A DNA stretch of 52,857 bases from an uncultured Akkermansia sp. (GCA_964580075.1 CAZOJL010000005.1:8013-60869), one strand, 5' to 3'; positions 38,902-49,226 are shown, counted from the stretch's first letter. Notes: generated by a model not told the origin, from the sequence alone. A program made the numbers and translations.

Positions 38902-39912
38902 TCAGGTTTGACGCCGATAGACAGTGGGCTCAATGACAAAACGCAACGACGCTCCCGCCGCGTAACGGCGCACATTATCCAGGCAGACGCGATGCATGGC
39001 ATCGAGTCGCACGGGCGGTTCCCCGTCCGTCGGCCACGATCGGCTGACGTGGTGGGCCGTAAGTATGCAATTCTCCCAGCACCGGGCGGGATGCCCCGTC
39101 GGCAGCGTGTCCGGGTCGAGCACGTCCAGGCCCGCCCGCAATCGGCCGCTGGCCAATTCGGCGAACAGCGCCTCCTGATCAATGATCCCGCCACGGGCGG
39201 TGTTGATCACCACACCGTGGCGTGGCAAACGCCGCAGCAGATCAGCCGTAACCGTGTGCCGCGTCTCGGGGGTCAGCCCCGCGTGGATCACAACCGCCTC
39301 GGAGGCGCCGAAGAGTTCCTCCAGATTCGCCACCCGTTCACATCCCGCAGGCACGTCCGCCGCGTAGGGATCGAAAACCCGCAACACCGGCCGGAAAGGA
39401 CGGATGAGCTCAATGAAGGCACGTCCGATCAGCCCGCACCCGTAGATCCCGACGTTCAGCCCGTCGATGGACCCCCCGGTGAATGTCCGGTCCAGATTCC
39501 ATCCATCATGATGGATCGTTTGAATCTGCTGATGCAGATCCTTGAGCACCGCCAGCAACAGCGTCATGGCCCCCTCGGCTACGGACGACGCCGGCGCATC
39601 ACCCCAGTTGGTGACCCGCACGTCCGAGTCGACAATTTCCGGCGACACCCACTGCTTCATTTCCCCCGTGATGTTACAGAGGTAACGCAACGCGCCCGGA
39701 TCACGGGCAACGGCAGCCGGCACCGGCGAAGTGCCCCATCCCAGCAGCAGGACCTCGGTGCCTTGAATCAGGGCCAGCCGCTCCGCTTCGTCACGCGCGC
39801 CGCCATTCTCGATCAGGGTCAACTCGCCCACCTCGGCCAGAGCCTTCCGAAACACGCCGGTCCAAATCTCCGGATGCGGCGTGCCGTGCGCAATGTGCAT
39901 GAGTTTCAACAT
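38902..39912 (-). CDS. D-isomer-specific 2-hydroxyacid dehydrogenase
   Basis: SVAE, GCGLIG, NTARG, AGLDV, LTAH motifs. Confidence 0.9.
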   Translation of the reverse strand: MLKLMHIAHGTPHPEIWTGVFRKALAEVGELTLIENGGARDEAERLALIQGTEVLLLGWGTSPVPAAVARDPGALRYLCNITGEMKQWVSPEIVDSDVRVTNWGDAPASSVAEGAMTLLLAVLKDLHQQIQTIHHDGWNLDRTFTGGSIDGLNVGIYGCGLIGRAFIELIRPFRPVLRVFDPYAADVPAGCERVANLEELFGASEAVVIHAGLTPETRHTVTADLLRRLPRHGVVINTARGGIIDQEALFAELASGRLRAGLDVLDPDTLPTGHPARCWENCILTAHHVSRSWPTDGEPPVRLDAMHRVCLDNVRRYAAGASLRFVIEPTVYRRQT

Positions 39913-40118
39913 AGGGTCTCCCTTCCTGCCTTCCACCAGGCGAATGCTCACGACAACGAACGAAGCCACAACAAACAAACGTGAACAGCGAGGATGATAG
40001 CAAATTCGTTGCGGCCGCGTCGCGTTCAAATTTCAATCGCCCCGTATTTTACAGTCTCCAATTTCACGGCGCCTGTGTTACACGGAGTCCACAAATGTTC
40101 GCCGTGCGCCCGTGCAGG

Positions 40119-40308
40119 GGGCGCATGGCAGTTCTGATGAGGTCGTTGATTCGTACTCATAATCGTAATCGTAATCATAATCGTAATCTTGCTTTGACCA
40201 TGCATGTGATCGTACACTGTCACCAATGAATACGGATTAAGATTATGATTAAGATTAAGATTAAGATTAAGATTAAGGAGTAACACTCATCAGAACTGCC
40301 ATGCGCCC
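40119..40308. mobile_element. MITE with 23-bp TIR GGGCGCATGGCAGTTCTGATGAG, copy 1
   Basis: Perfect TIR; 10-bp TSD CCCGTGCAGG (40109-40118, 40309-40318); hexamer arms inside. Confidence 0.92.
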
Positions 40309-40356
40309 CCCGTGCAGGGGCTGTGGCAGCGGCTGGAGGGGGAAACGGAGACACGT

Positions 40357-41214
40357 ATGATGGAGATCAAACCGTTCGGCCACCGGGATATTCCGGCGGC
40401 GTTGAACCTGTGCGCACAAGTCAATTGGAACCATCTGGAAGCGGACTGGAATCGCTGTCTGGCCCTGAATCCGGACGCCTGCCTGGGGGGCTTTGAGGAC
40501 GGCGCCCTGAAAGCTACCTGCACGCTGACGCCGTTCGGAACGATCGGCTGGGTGGGCACGTTTCTCGTGGACCAGAGCTTGCGCGGCAAGGGGCATGGAA
40601 AACGGCTCTTCGAGGCGATGCTGGAAACGGCCCGGAAGCAGGGAATCGCCTGTCTCGGACTCGATTCCTCGGACGCCGGCCGGCCGATCTATCTTCAGTA
40701 CGGATTCCAGATGACCGGCGAGGGAATCGAACTCTGGACCTGGCCGACCAACGGCGACGCGGATCCGCATGAGGCCGCTCGGCCCCTGCAAGATTCGGAT
40801 TGGGCCAGCCTGCTTGCCTTCGATCAGGCGCGCGTCCAGGTGCCACGCGCACAACAACTCCGGATGCTGGCCGGCGAGCCGGGGACGTCGGTACGGGTGA
40901 TAATGACGAACGGCACGCTCTGCGGATTCGGGTTTTCGCGGCCGGGACGGTTGTCGGGCGCGATTGGCCCGGTCGTGGCCCGCGACACTCCGACCGCCTG
41001 CCGGATCGTCTCCGCGCTCCTCGCCGACCGGGCGCATCTCGACGGCGCAAAAGCCGTCGCACTGGCCATCCCCGACAACGACCCGTTCAAAGCGTGGCTG
41101 GCCGGTCTCGGCTTCCAGATGCGCCGGCGTAACATTCGCATGTTCCGCCCCGAAATCCGCTCCATTCTCTCAGGCCCCTCCGTCTTCGCTACCACCGGTT
41201 TGGGAATGGGATAA
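40357..41214 (+). CDS. GNAT family N-acetyltransferase (two-domain, YitH-like)
   Basis: VDQSLRGKGHGKRL motif A, GRPIYLQYGF, IGPVVA. Confidence 0.88.
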   Translation: MMEIKPFGHRDIPAALNLCAQVNWNHLEADWNRCLALNPDACLGGFEDGALKATCTLTPFGTIGWVGTFLVDQSLRGKGHGKRLFEAMLETARKQGIACLGLDSSDAGRPIYLQYGFQMTGEGIELWTWPTNGDADPHEAARPLQDSDWASLLAFDQARVQVPRAQQLRMLAGEPGTSVRVIMTNGTLCGFGFSRPGRLSGAIGPVVARDTPTACRIVSALLADRAHLDGAKAVALAIPDNDPFKAWLAGLGFQMRRRNIRMFRPEIRSILSGPSVFATTGLGMG

Positions 41215-41216
41215 TC

Positions 41217-41425
41217 CTAAAAACGGCAGTTGAACCTAAAAAACGGCAGTTTACACCACGAAGAACACGAAGAGCACGAAGGAAATCTTTGGAATAGAAA
41301 GGGATGAGTCCAAGGAGTTCGTCAGAATCGGGTTCACCAAATGGTGTCCGATCACCGTGCATCCTCATCACCTTTATCCCCTCATTCTTCTTATCTCTTC
41401 GTGATCTTCGTGTGCTTCGTGGTTC
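41217..41425. repeat. Nonamer-arm palindromic element with CACCAAATGGTG core and a duplicated CCTAAAAACGGCAGTT end
   Basis: ACCACGAAGAACACGAAGAGCACGAAG ... CTTCGTGATCTTCGTGTGCTTCGTGGT. Confidence 0.85.
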
Positions 41426-41517
41426 ATCTCCGTCGGGTTGAGCCGTTGCGCACGTGAAAAAAAGCGGCGGCGCGCCGCGCCGCAGGCCAATGGAGAGGAG
41501 AAGGGTTCGGGGTTCAG

Positions 41518-41750
41518 ATCGTTGTCATGATCGTTGTCGCGATCGTTGTCGAATGGATCGAGACAAGGATTATGACAACGATTGGAGAACGGTGGACGAC
41601 TACGGCGACGATTACGGTTTACGCGGAGAGGCTCTCTAATCGTCTACCGTTATCGTCGCCCGTAATCGTCAACCAAAACGAAGCAAAAGGAGAGGCAGAT
41701 GAGGCGGATTAGGACGTTGGGTGTTGGGCGTTGGTTGTTGGCGTTGGTGC
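41518..41750. repeat. Cluster of short-period repeats: (GATCGTTGTCNN)3 with an inverted partner, a GACGACTAC/GTAATCGTC palindrome, a TTGGGCG-type tandem
   Basis: Read directly from the sequence. Confidence 0.65.
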
Positions 41751-41963
41751 CCCGCAACGCTGCGTCTGACGGCTTGCGTCCGGGGGGGGGTTGCAGGATT
41801 GTTTGCATGACCCTCTTTCGCTTGCGCTTCGGGGGGGTGAGAGACTATGCTTCATGTTGCTGGGATTGGCTGGGCCCATTCCTACACGGTTCCGCATGCG
41901 GCGGGCAGATCCGTAAAAAAAAGAAGCCGTGAACGGTTACAGCAGGAGCGAAAGGACAATGCA

Positions 41964-43832
41964 ATGAAGGACGCATCCACCATGAGACTCGTGTTCGTGA
42001 CTCTCGCCGCCGGGTGTGCCGCACAGGGCGAAGGGTCCCCGGCCACCCAGGCCCGCGACTTGACGCCTGTGACCCTGCAACCGGCGCCGTCGCACCAGCC
42101 CGTGGACATCGTCAAAGCCGGGCAGCCGGTGGCCAAGGTCTACGTCGCCGACGCCAAACCCAGTGCACACCTCCAGACGCTGATGAATGAACTTCTGACG
42201 GTGGTCAAACTGAGCACCGGGGCCGATCTGGCGCTGCTCAAGACCGAGCCGGCCGCCGACGTCCCGGCCATCATTATCGGCGACTGCCCCGAGTCCCGCG
42301 CAGCCGGCGTTGACGCCGCCAAACTACCGCTTGGAGGCTTCGAGGTCAAGACGGCCGCCAACCGGGTCTATCTCGTCGGCAGCACCATTCCGCTACCCTC
42401 GAACACGGGCCTGTCGGACCCCTACTCCAACGAAGGCACCGCCTACGCCGTGGCAGACTTCCTGGAGCGCTTTCTGGGCGTGCGCTGGTATTGGCCGACC
42501 GAGGCCGGCGGGCGCACCATCACCCAGACGACGGACTTGGTCATCGCGCCGGTCTGTTACCGCGATGCGCCAGTCTTCCAGATGCGCAACCACCACCCCG
42601 CCGACGGGTACGGCGGCACATGGAAGTCGCGCTGGTTCGACAAGCAACAACAGCCCCCGCGCCCGCCCGCGCTGAAGGATCTCGAGACCCTCAACTTGCG
42701 TCCGATGCTGCACTGCCTACGCGCCGGCAACACCTGGCCGTACCTCACCAAGGTCCACGAGCCTCAACAACTCTTGCGCAGGGGGGCCGAGTGGCGGAAG
42801 CAGAACGAAGCCATCTTCGCCATCCGCAAGGACGGCAAGCCCAGCGGCGTGCTTTGCTACAGTTCGCAAGCCGCTTTAGACTTCCTTATGAGCGGCTGCG
42901 AGAGCGTGTGGGAGAAGGGACTGGGCGCCTCCTGGGTGACGGAGATGTACCTGAGCATCTCCCCCGGCGATGAACCCATGAACTGCCAGTGCGTGGAGTG
43001 CCAGAAGCGGTGGGACCCCAACTCGCCATGGCACGGCCACATCAGCGGCCAGGCATCCAAGATCCTTGGCACCTTCGTGAAGAAGGCCTGCGAGGAGGTC
43101 AGGAAGCGCTGGCCGGACAAGAAAGTCGTCTTCCTGCCGTACTGGAACTATGCCCTCTGCCCGGAGGGGGTCGAGTTCCCCGACAACCTTCGCATCGAAA
43201 TGTGCTCCACGTCCATGGCCGGCCTGCGCCAGCCCGAACTGCGCAAGCTGATTGACCAGGACATCCGCGCTTGGGCCAGACAGACCGGCGGGAAGATCAG
43301 CACGTGGGAGTACACCACCTGGGTGACCGGCTGGACGCATGCCCCATTGCAGTTCCCCCACGTGGCGCAGGAGTATTACCGCGGCAACCGAGATGTGCTG
43401 GCTGGCTCGTTCCTGAACGGCGAGAACATCTCGGAATGGTCCAGGAACGCCCCCACGCTCTACTGCATCATGAAGGTGCTGTGGAACCCGGATGTGAACA
43501 TCGACGCGATCCTCGATGAGATGTGCATTCGACTCTACGGCAAGGGGGCCGGCAGCGCCCGCAAGCTCCTGACTCTGATGTGCGACCGCTGGGAGAAAGC
43601 CCCGTGGCGACAGCCCCTCAGCGCCGATGGGCACCTCTCGCCGGTTATCTTCACCGACACTTGGCCGCCGGAGGTCGTCTCCGAGATGGAGAAGCTGTGG
43701 CGTCAGGCGCGCGAGGAAATGAAGGACGATGCCCTTGCCCTCCAGCGCTTCGACTACTGGAACTGGACATTCGAGGCATTCCTCAATGAAGCTAAGGAGG
43801 AATGGGCCAAGGCCGGGCAAAAGAGCCCATAA
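41964..43832 (+). CDS. DUF4838-like secreted putative glycoside hydrolase
   Basis: GTAYAVADFLERFLGVRWYWP, LCYSS, ISPGD...CQC.EC, LWNP motifs; N-terminal signal-like segment. Confidence 0.75.
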   Translation: MKDASTMRLVFVTLAAGCAAQGEGSPATQARDLTPVTLQPAPSHQPVDIVKAGQPVAKVYVADAKPSAHLQTLMNELLTVVKLSTGADLALLKTEPAADVPAIIIGDCPESRAAGVDAAKLPLGGFEVKTAANRVYLVGSTIPLPSNTGLSDPYSNEGTAYAVADFLERFLGVRWYWPTEAGGRTITQTTDLVIAPVCYRDAPVFQMRNHHPADGYGGTWKSRWFDKQQQPPRPPALKDLETLNLRPMLHCLRAGNTWPYLTKVHEPQQLLRRGAEWRKQNEAIFAIRKDGKPSGVLCYSSQAALDFLMSGCESVWEKGLGASWVTEMYLSISPGDEPMNCQCVECQKRWDPNSPWHGHISGQASKILGTFVKKACEEVRKRWPDKKVVFLPYWNYALCPEGVEFPDNLRIEMCSTSMAGLRQPELRKLIDQDIRAWARQTGGKISTWEYTTWVTGWTHAPLQFPHVAQEYYRGNRDVLAGSFLNGENISEWSRNAPTLYCIMKVLWNPDVNIDAILDEMCIRLYGKGAGSARKLLTLMCDRWEKAPWRQPLSADGHLSPVIFTDTWPPEVVSEMEKLWRQAREEMKDDALALQRFDYWNWTFEAFLNEAKEEWAKAGQKSP

Positions 43833-43844
43833 TGCTAATAAGAG

Positions 43845-43960
43845 CAGTTATCAGTGATCAGGTGTCAGGTGTCAGGTGGATGCCAATGACATGTGCATAA
43901 CCACGGGCAGCACCATTTGGCGCGAAGCCCACTGATCACTGATGACTGATCACTGGTCAC
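43845..43960. repeat. Heptamer-arm palindromic element with CACCATTTGGCG core
   Basis: (TCAGKKR)n left arm and (ACTGATC)n right arm; homologous to 26484-26590. Confidence 0.8.
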
Positions 43961-43967
43961 TCGTCCA

Positions 43968-44096
43968 TAAGTTAAGCGATGCTTCCGATCATAATCCTAA
44001 TCGTAATCCTAATCGTAATCCGTTCTCCACCAGTCGATTAAGATCAAGATTAGGATTACGATTAAGATGGCAATAGCCCCTTAACTTAGCGCCATT
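43968..44096. mobile_element. IS4-like-end MITE, copy 3 (inverted relative to copy 1; first 8 nt of one TIR missing)
   Basis: Near-identical to the reverse complement of 13846-13974; intact end CTTAACTTAGCGCCATT. Confidence 0.85.
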
Positions 44097-44296
44097 CAGA
44101 CCCGTCCCTACTCGACATCCCTACTCGACCTAGCAACAGCATCGCCAGCGAGCTCGTCATCACGGTCACCGACGCCTCCGGCGCCCTCTTTGCCGAACCC
44201 TGAACCCTGAAAACTGAAACCTGCTCCCTGCTCCTTCCCCGTCCTCTTCGACCGGGGCCTGTTGGCGATGGCTGTTTGTTCAGAACCCGCTGATGC

Positions 44297-45502
44297 CTAC
44301 CCCCGGTACGCCGGCGGCTTGGGATTGAGCCACTTCAGGATTTCCGGACGGATGGCGTAGGCGAACCAGAAGTTGCCGGGAGGCGTATGGTGCCCGAACA
44401 CCTGAGCCCCGGCACGGGCCACAAAGAAGCGATTGAAGAAATCCTCGTTCGACCCCTTGAACAGCTTGCGCTCCTCGCGAAACTTCGGCAGGGTGTCGAT
44501 GTAAAGGTACTTCTCCTGGTCCAGGAAATCCACAAACGGTTGATCGAACCGTTTTCCGGTCTTGAAGTAGCGTTCGATGGTCGGCACATCGTAACTCAGC
44601 ATGATCATGAACTTGCGCTTGTTGGCCTTGCACCACTTACGGAACTTGTCCACGGTGTACATGGTGGAGCGAATGCCATAAGCGAGATGCAGCTTCTGGG
44701 CATCCGCCTGACGGGTCTTGGCATTGCGCAGGTTGACTTTGACGCCCAATGCCTCGGCCAGTTTCTCAGCCGCTTCGACCGGCGCCTCGCCGCCTTCGCG
44801 CAGACAGTACAACTGGGCGCCCGCGTCGTCCTTGAAAGCGTTGTAGTAGTTCTCCTGCCCCACGAGCTCGCGGAGATCCGTAGCCTTCGCGCACATGCCG
44901 GGCCGCTCGACCCACTTCCCCTTGTCCACGTCGAAACGAAGATGACACCACGGGAACCCGTGCACCGGGTAGCCATCCCGTTTCCCGCGCGGCAGGGCCC
45001 GGCACATCCACGCGACACGCACCCAGCGCGCGGCGTCTATGTTTCGCATGTAGTCGTCATCCCACACATTCAGGATGATGTTCTCCGCGGCCACCTCTTT
45101 GATGGCCTCCATGCGCATCGCGCGCCGGTAGGCCTGATACACACCGTATCCGCCAACGCCGAAGTTCCGGATCGGCTCGCGGAAATTGGCTGCCAGAAAT
45201 TCCTGCCAGGTTTCGCCGTTGCTCACCTGCGCGCCCTGCGTGTAGCTGTCGCCATAGGTGTTGATCCGGCACGGCTGATCCGCGTAGTTGATCAGGGTGC
45301 GGTTGAAGAAACGACGATCATAGGTCCCCAGCGTGACCGTCCCCTCCATGCCGTCCTTCATGCAATGATCACTGTGGATATATCCTAGTTCGGGATCGAA
45401 CGTGAGAATCGCCGGATTCTTCGGATCCATGTACCGTTCAATTTCAACCGAATGGTACGCACAGGTGTGCAGCAGGTGCTTCAAGTCTTTGAGGTCGCTC
45501 AT
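44297..45502 (-). CDS. SGNH/GDSL-like hydrolase domain protein
   Basis: YGDSYT block I, NFGVGGYG block II, C-terminal GHHTPPGN. Confidence 0.65.
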   Translation of the reverse strand: MSDLKDLKHLLHTCAYHSVEIERYMDPKNPAILTFDPELGYIHSDHCMKDGMEGTVTLGTYDRRFFNRTLINYADQPCRINTYGDSYTQGAQVSNGETWQEFLAANFREPIRNFGVGGYGVYQAYRRAMRMEAIKEVAAENIILNVWDDDYMRNIDAARWVRVAWMCRALPRGKRDGYPVHGFPWCHLRFDVDKGKWVERPGMCAKATDLRELVGQENYYNAFKDDAGAQLYCLREGGEAPVEAAEKLAEALGVKVNLRNAKTRQADAQKLHLAYGIRSTMYTVDKFRKWCKANKRKFMIMLSYDVPTIERYFKTGKRFDQPFVDFLDQEKYLYIDTLPKFREERKLFKGSNEDFFNRFFVARAGAQVFGHHTPPGNFWFAYAIRPEILKWLNPKPPAYRG

Positions 45503-45627
45503 GGGGATACTCCGTGTTAAGAATCGTGCGAAAGGTCCGGGCCCACACCCGCCACATTCGCCCTGAAAGCGGGATGTGAAAGGCGTGAGAATAATAAAGA
45601 GAGAGCCGAAGGGTCAAGCAGAATAGG

Positions 45628-47079
45628 TCACAGCTTCAACGCCCCGAAGGCATCGCCCAGGCTGCCGAGACCCTTCGCGGGGGGGTTGGACGAGGCCAGG
45701 AAGCTCGACACCTCGTCGTCCTCCCCCGCACCCGCCGTCCGCGCCTGCCATGCGGCCGGCGTGGTCAATGAAATGCGGCTTCCCTCGACCGACTTCACGA
45801 TCAGCTTGACCGCGGAACCGGGAGCAAACATCCGCTCCAGTTTGCTCGCCGGCGCGCCGCCCTTGGCAATGCCGGTCTCGCTGATGTGGAGCAGACCGGT
45901 TTTCTCCTCGGAGATCCGGACGAACACGCCGAATTCCTTGATCCCCTCGACGATTCCCTCGACCTCGCTTCCCGGCGCCAGTTCACCCGGCTTGAGCGCC
46001 TGCACACGCTCGTCGACCGGTTTCAGGCCGATGCGCCGACGCTCGGGATCGATGGTTTCGACCTGGAGCAGCATCTCCTGCCCCTCGCTCACGACCTCGC
46101 GCGCTGAGAGGATGCGGCGGCCGTTTCCCAACTTGCTGATCGGCACCAACCCGTCGACCCCGGGGAGGATGGAGACAAAAGCGCCAAACCGTTCGATGTG
46201 CGTCACCTTCGCCGTCAACGTGCTGCCCACCGGATAGCGCGACACTGCGTCGTGCCACGGGTCGCTCTGGGTCGCGCGCAAGCTGAGCGAGATGCGGTTG
46301 CGCGCCAGGTCTATCTCGCGCACCTGCACCTCGACCGTGTCGCCCGCCTTGGCCACATCCTCCGGCTTCGTATCGCGCACCCAGGAGAGTTCCCGGAGCG
46401 GCACCAGACCGTCCACGCCGCCCAGATCGACGAAGATGCCGAATTCGGTCAGCCGCGAAACCACGCCTTTGCGCACATCCCCCTCGCGCAGACCCGCCAG
46501 CAGCGCGTCGCGCTGCACCTCGCGCTCTTTTTCGAGCAAGTCGCGGCGGCTGAGGACGACATTGCGCCCCTCTTCGCCATATTCGGTCACCAGAAAGGCG
46601 AATTTCTGGCCGACGTATACCGCATCCTCGGTTTTATGCAAGTCGATCTGCGAATAGGGGCAGAAGGCGCGGGCCGCGCCGACCGTCACCTCGTATCCGC
46701 CGTTGACCTCGCTTGCGACCAGACCCTCGACCGGCTGGCCATTTTCAAAGGCACGGGCGATCGATTGATGCGCGATCACCGTGCCCGAAAACCGAAGGGA
46801 ACAGAGAAATGAACCGCCCTGCATCGCAGTGAACATGACGGTGAGACTGTCGCCCGGTTGAACCGTCGGTTCGCCCGCTTCGTTCAGCAGTTCCGCGATC
46901 GGGAGCAGACCCTCATTCTTGGCCTGAACGTCCAGCACCGCATAGGCGTCGTTCAGCGCCAGCACGCGCGCGCGCACCCGATCACCCGGATTGAAGCCCT
47001 TGTGGTAGGTCGCCGTCTGCCCGTCCAGCAACGCCTCAAAAGCGGCCATCGCCGCCGAATTGCCCGTCTGTTGTGCCAT
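45628..47079 (-). CDS. Ribosomal protein S1-like multi-S1-domain protein
   Basis: About five S1 repeats (EGLLPI, AFCPYSQID, FGIFVDLGGVDGLV, FGAFV..GVDGLV, FGVFV..GLLHISE). Start at the ATG at 47079. Confidence 0.85.
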   Translation of the reverse strand: MAQQTGNSAAMAAFEALLDGQTATYHKGFNPGDRVRARVLALNDAYAVLDVQAKNEGLLPIAELLNEAGEPTVQPGDSLTVMFTAMQGGSFLCSLRFSGTVIAHQSIARAFENGQPVEGLVASEVNGGYEVTVGAARAFCPYSQIDLHKTEDAVYVGQKFAFLVTEYGEEGRNVVLSRRDLLEKEREVQRDALLAGLREGDVRKGVVSRLTEFGIFVDLGGVDGLVPLRELSWVRDTKPEDVAKAGDTVEVQVREIDLARNRISLSLRATQSDPWHDAVSRYPVGSTLTAKVTHIERFGAFVSILPGVDGLVPISKLGNGRRILSAREVVSEGQEMLLQVETIDPERRRIGLKPVDERVQALKPGELAPGSEVEGIVEGIKEFGVFVRISEEKTGLLHISETGIAKGGAPASKLERMFAPGSAVKLIVKSVEGSRISLTTPAAWQARTAGAGEDDEVSSFLASSNPPAKGLGSLGDAFGALKL

Positions 47080-47299
47080 AAGTCCGATTCCTTGATGACC
47101 GGCCGAACGCGTCGCACACGCGGGCGCTTCCCGATCTGAAAGTGACATAGTGTAACCGAACGGCAGCGTTCCGGCAACGCTGGAACGCGACAGTATTATG
47201 AAAATTGAAGTGTCCGGCTGTCCATGGGTTGCGCTATAGTGGTTGCCGTCTGGTGCGACAATGCCGGTTGTCGCGCGGGTTTTTCGGAAGGGGTGGGCG

Positions 47300-48682
47300 G
47301 TGTCGGTGCGGGTTGACATTGTGATTGTGGCGCTGAACGCGCGGTACAGCCATTGCGCCCATGCCGCGCGTTCCCTGATGGCCAATCTCGGGGCACTGCG
47401 GGAGCGGGCCGAAATCATTGAGTCCGACACCGTCGTGCAGCCGTTCCAGCTTGCCGCCGCCGTGGCGGCCCGGCGTCCGCGAATCGTCGGATTTTCCGTC
47501 TACCTCTGGAATGCGGCGTGCGTGCGGGAGACGGCGCTGATCTTGCGGCGGGTTTCGCCCCACACGCAGATCGTCCTGGGCGGCCCCGAGATCGTCGCAG
47601 GCGATGACGCGCGCTGGATCGGGGTGGCTGACGCGCGGGTTACGGGCGAAGGTGAAACCGCCTTCCGCGACCTGTGCGCCGAGGCGCTGGCCGGCGGACC
47701 GATTTGCGAGGCCGACGGCTCCGCGCGCGGGGTCTGCGGCGCCGCGACGTCCCTGGCCGATCTGGAGCTCCCCTACGCGCTGTACACGGCCGACGATCTG
47801 GCGCGGCGCACCCTCTATGTCGAAAGTTCACGCGGCTGCCCGTTCGGATGCACGTACTGCACCTCCTGCCACACCCCCTTTCGTCGCTTCGATCCCGGGC
47901 GGCTGGCCGAAGCCTTCGACAGCCTGATCGCGCGCGGCGCGCGCGCCTTCCGCTTCCTGGACCGCAGCTTCAATGCCGATGAAGCCCACGCCTGCGCCAT
48001 CCTGGAGCTGTTTCTCGCCCGCCATCCGGGACAGTTTCAACTGCATTTGGAGATGATGCCGAGGCGGTTTGGGGAACCGCTGCGCCGCGTTCTTGCCGCC
48101 TTTCCACCCGGCGCCCTCCATTTGGAAGTCGGCGTGCAGACGCTCAACCCCGCGGTCGCACGCGCCGTCGGACGCAACGGCGATGTCGCGACCGTGCTTG
48201 ACGCGCTTGCATTCCTGATTCACGAGGCCCGGGCGACCGTCCACGCCGACCTTATTTTTGGGCTTCCGGGAGAGGACGAAGCGTCCTTCGCAGCGGGTTT
48301 CGACCGCCTGGTGCGCGACCTTGCTCCCCCCGAACTCCAGGTCAACCTGCTCAAGGGGCTTCCCGGGACGCCCCTCACGACGCCCGGCGCCGCACCCGGC
48401 CTGGTGTTCAACCCCAATCCGCCCTACGAATTGCTCCGCAGCGACGTGATCGATTTCGACATCATCACCCGCATGCAGGGCTTCGCGCGCTGCTGGGAGT
48501 TGATCCACAACCGCGGACGCTTTCCGGAGGCCGCCCGCGCGATCTGGGCGCGGGGCGATGGCTCGCCGTACGCCCGCTACATGGCGCTCTCCGAACGCAT
48601 TCTCGCAACCGAAGGCCGGCTCTATGCGCTCGGCACACCCCGCATGGCAACCCACCTTGAAGCCTTCCTGCGCGACCTCTGA
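47300..48682 (+). CDS. B12-binding radical SAM protein (DUF4080-type)
   Basis: LNARYSH, GFSVYLWN, VLGGPE, SRGCPFGCTYC, FLDRSFN, HADLIFGLPGE. Start approximate. Confidence 0.88.
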   Translation: MSVRVDIVIVALNARYSHCAHAARSLMANLGALRERAEIIESDTVVQPFQLAAAVAARRPRIVGFSVYLWNAACVRETALILRRVSPHTQIVLGGPEIVAGDDARWIGVADARVTGEGETAFRDLCAEALAGGPICEADGSARGVCGAATSLADLELPYALYTADDLARRTLYVESSRGCPFGCTYCTSCHTPFRRFDPGRLAEAFDSLIARGARAFRFLDRSFNADEAHACAILELFLARHPGQFQLHLEMMPRRFGEPLRRVLAAFPPGALHLEVGVQTLNPAVARAVGRNGDVATVLDALAFLIHEARATVHADLIFGLPGEDEASFAAGFDRLVRDLAPPELQVNLLKGLPGTPLTTPGAAPGLVFNPNPPYELLRSDVIDFDIITRMQGFARCWELIHNRGRFPEAARAIWARGDGSPYARYMALSERILATEGRLYALGTPRMATHLEAFLRDL

Positions 48683-48724
48683 CCCGCGCGGACGGTTCCC
48701 GGCCCGAAACCGTTCAAATCGCTA

Positions 48725-48895
48725 GGGCGCATGGCAGTTCTGATGAGGGTTACTCCTTACTCGTAATCGTAATCGTAATCTTAATCGTAATCTTAATCTT
48801 AATCTTAATCCCCCAACCATGGTCAAAGCAAGATTACGATTATGATTACGATTATGATTACGAATCAACGACCTCATCAGAACTGCCATGCGCCC
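48725..48895. mobile_element. MITE with 23-bp TIR, copy 2 (inverted relative to copy 1)
   Basis: Same TIR; 9-bp TSD AAATCGCTA (48716-48724, 48896-48904). Confidence 0.92.
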
Positions 48896-48986
48896 AAATC
48901 GCTACACACTCATCTATTTGGTGGACATTTCTCATTGTTTCGATTATCGTAGAAAATTCTTTCTTTAAGCCAAAAAAGGGTGCGCA

Positions 48987-49226
48987 ATGGACCAGTCATT
49001 TTTGTTAAAAGAGGGTTTTTTGTTGATGATGGTCGGAATGCTGATCGTCTACGCGTTCCTGATGGTCTTGGTCGGCGCGCTGTCGTTTTCAAAGTTCTTT
49101 CAGCGATTCTCTCATTTGCTGCCTGACGACGAGCCGACCGCCCCGCGCAGGCCGATGCCCGCGCCGCAGGCGGCCGACGATGCCGCCCGGATCGCAGTCG
49201 CCATCGCGGTCGCGAAGCGACGTTGA
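48987..49226 (+). CDS. oadG: Na+-translocating decarboxylase gamma subunit
   Basis: GMLIVYAFLMVL TM, Pro/Ala linker, IAVAIA end; directly upstream of oadA. Confidence 0.85.
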   Translation: MDQSFLLKEGFLLMMVGMLIVYAFLMVLVGALSFSKFFQRFSHLLPDDEPTAPRRPMPAPQAADDAARIAVAIAVAKRR

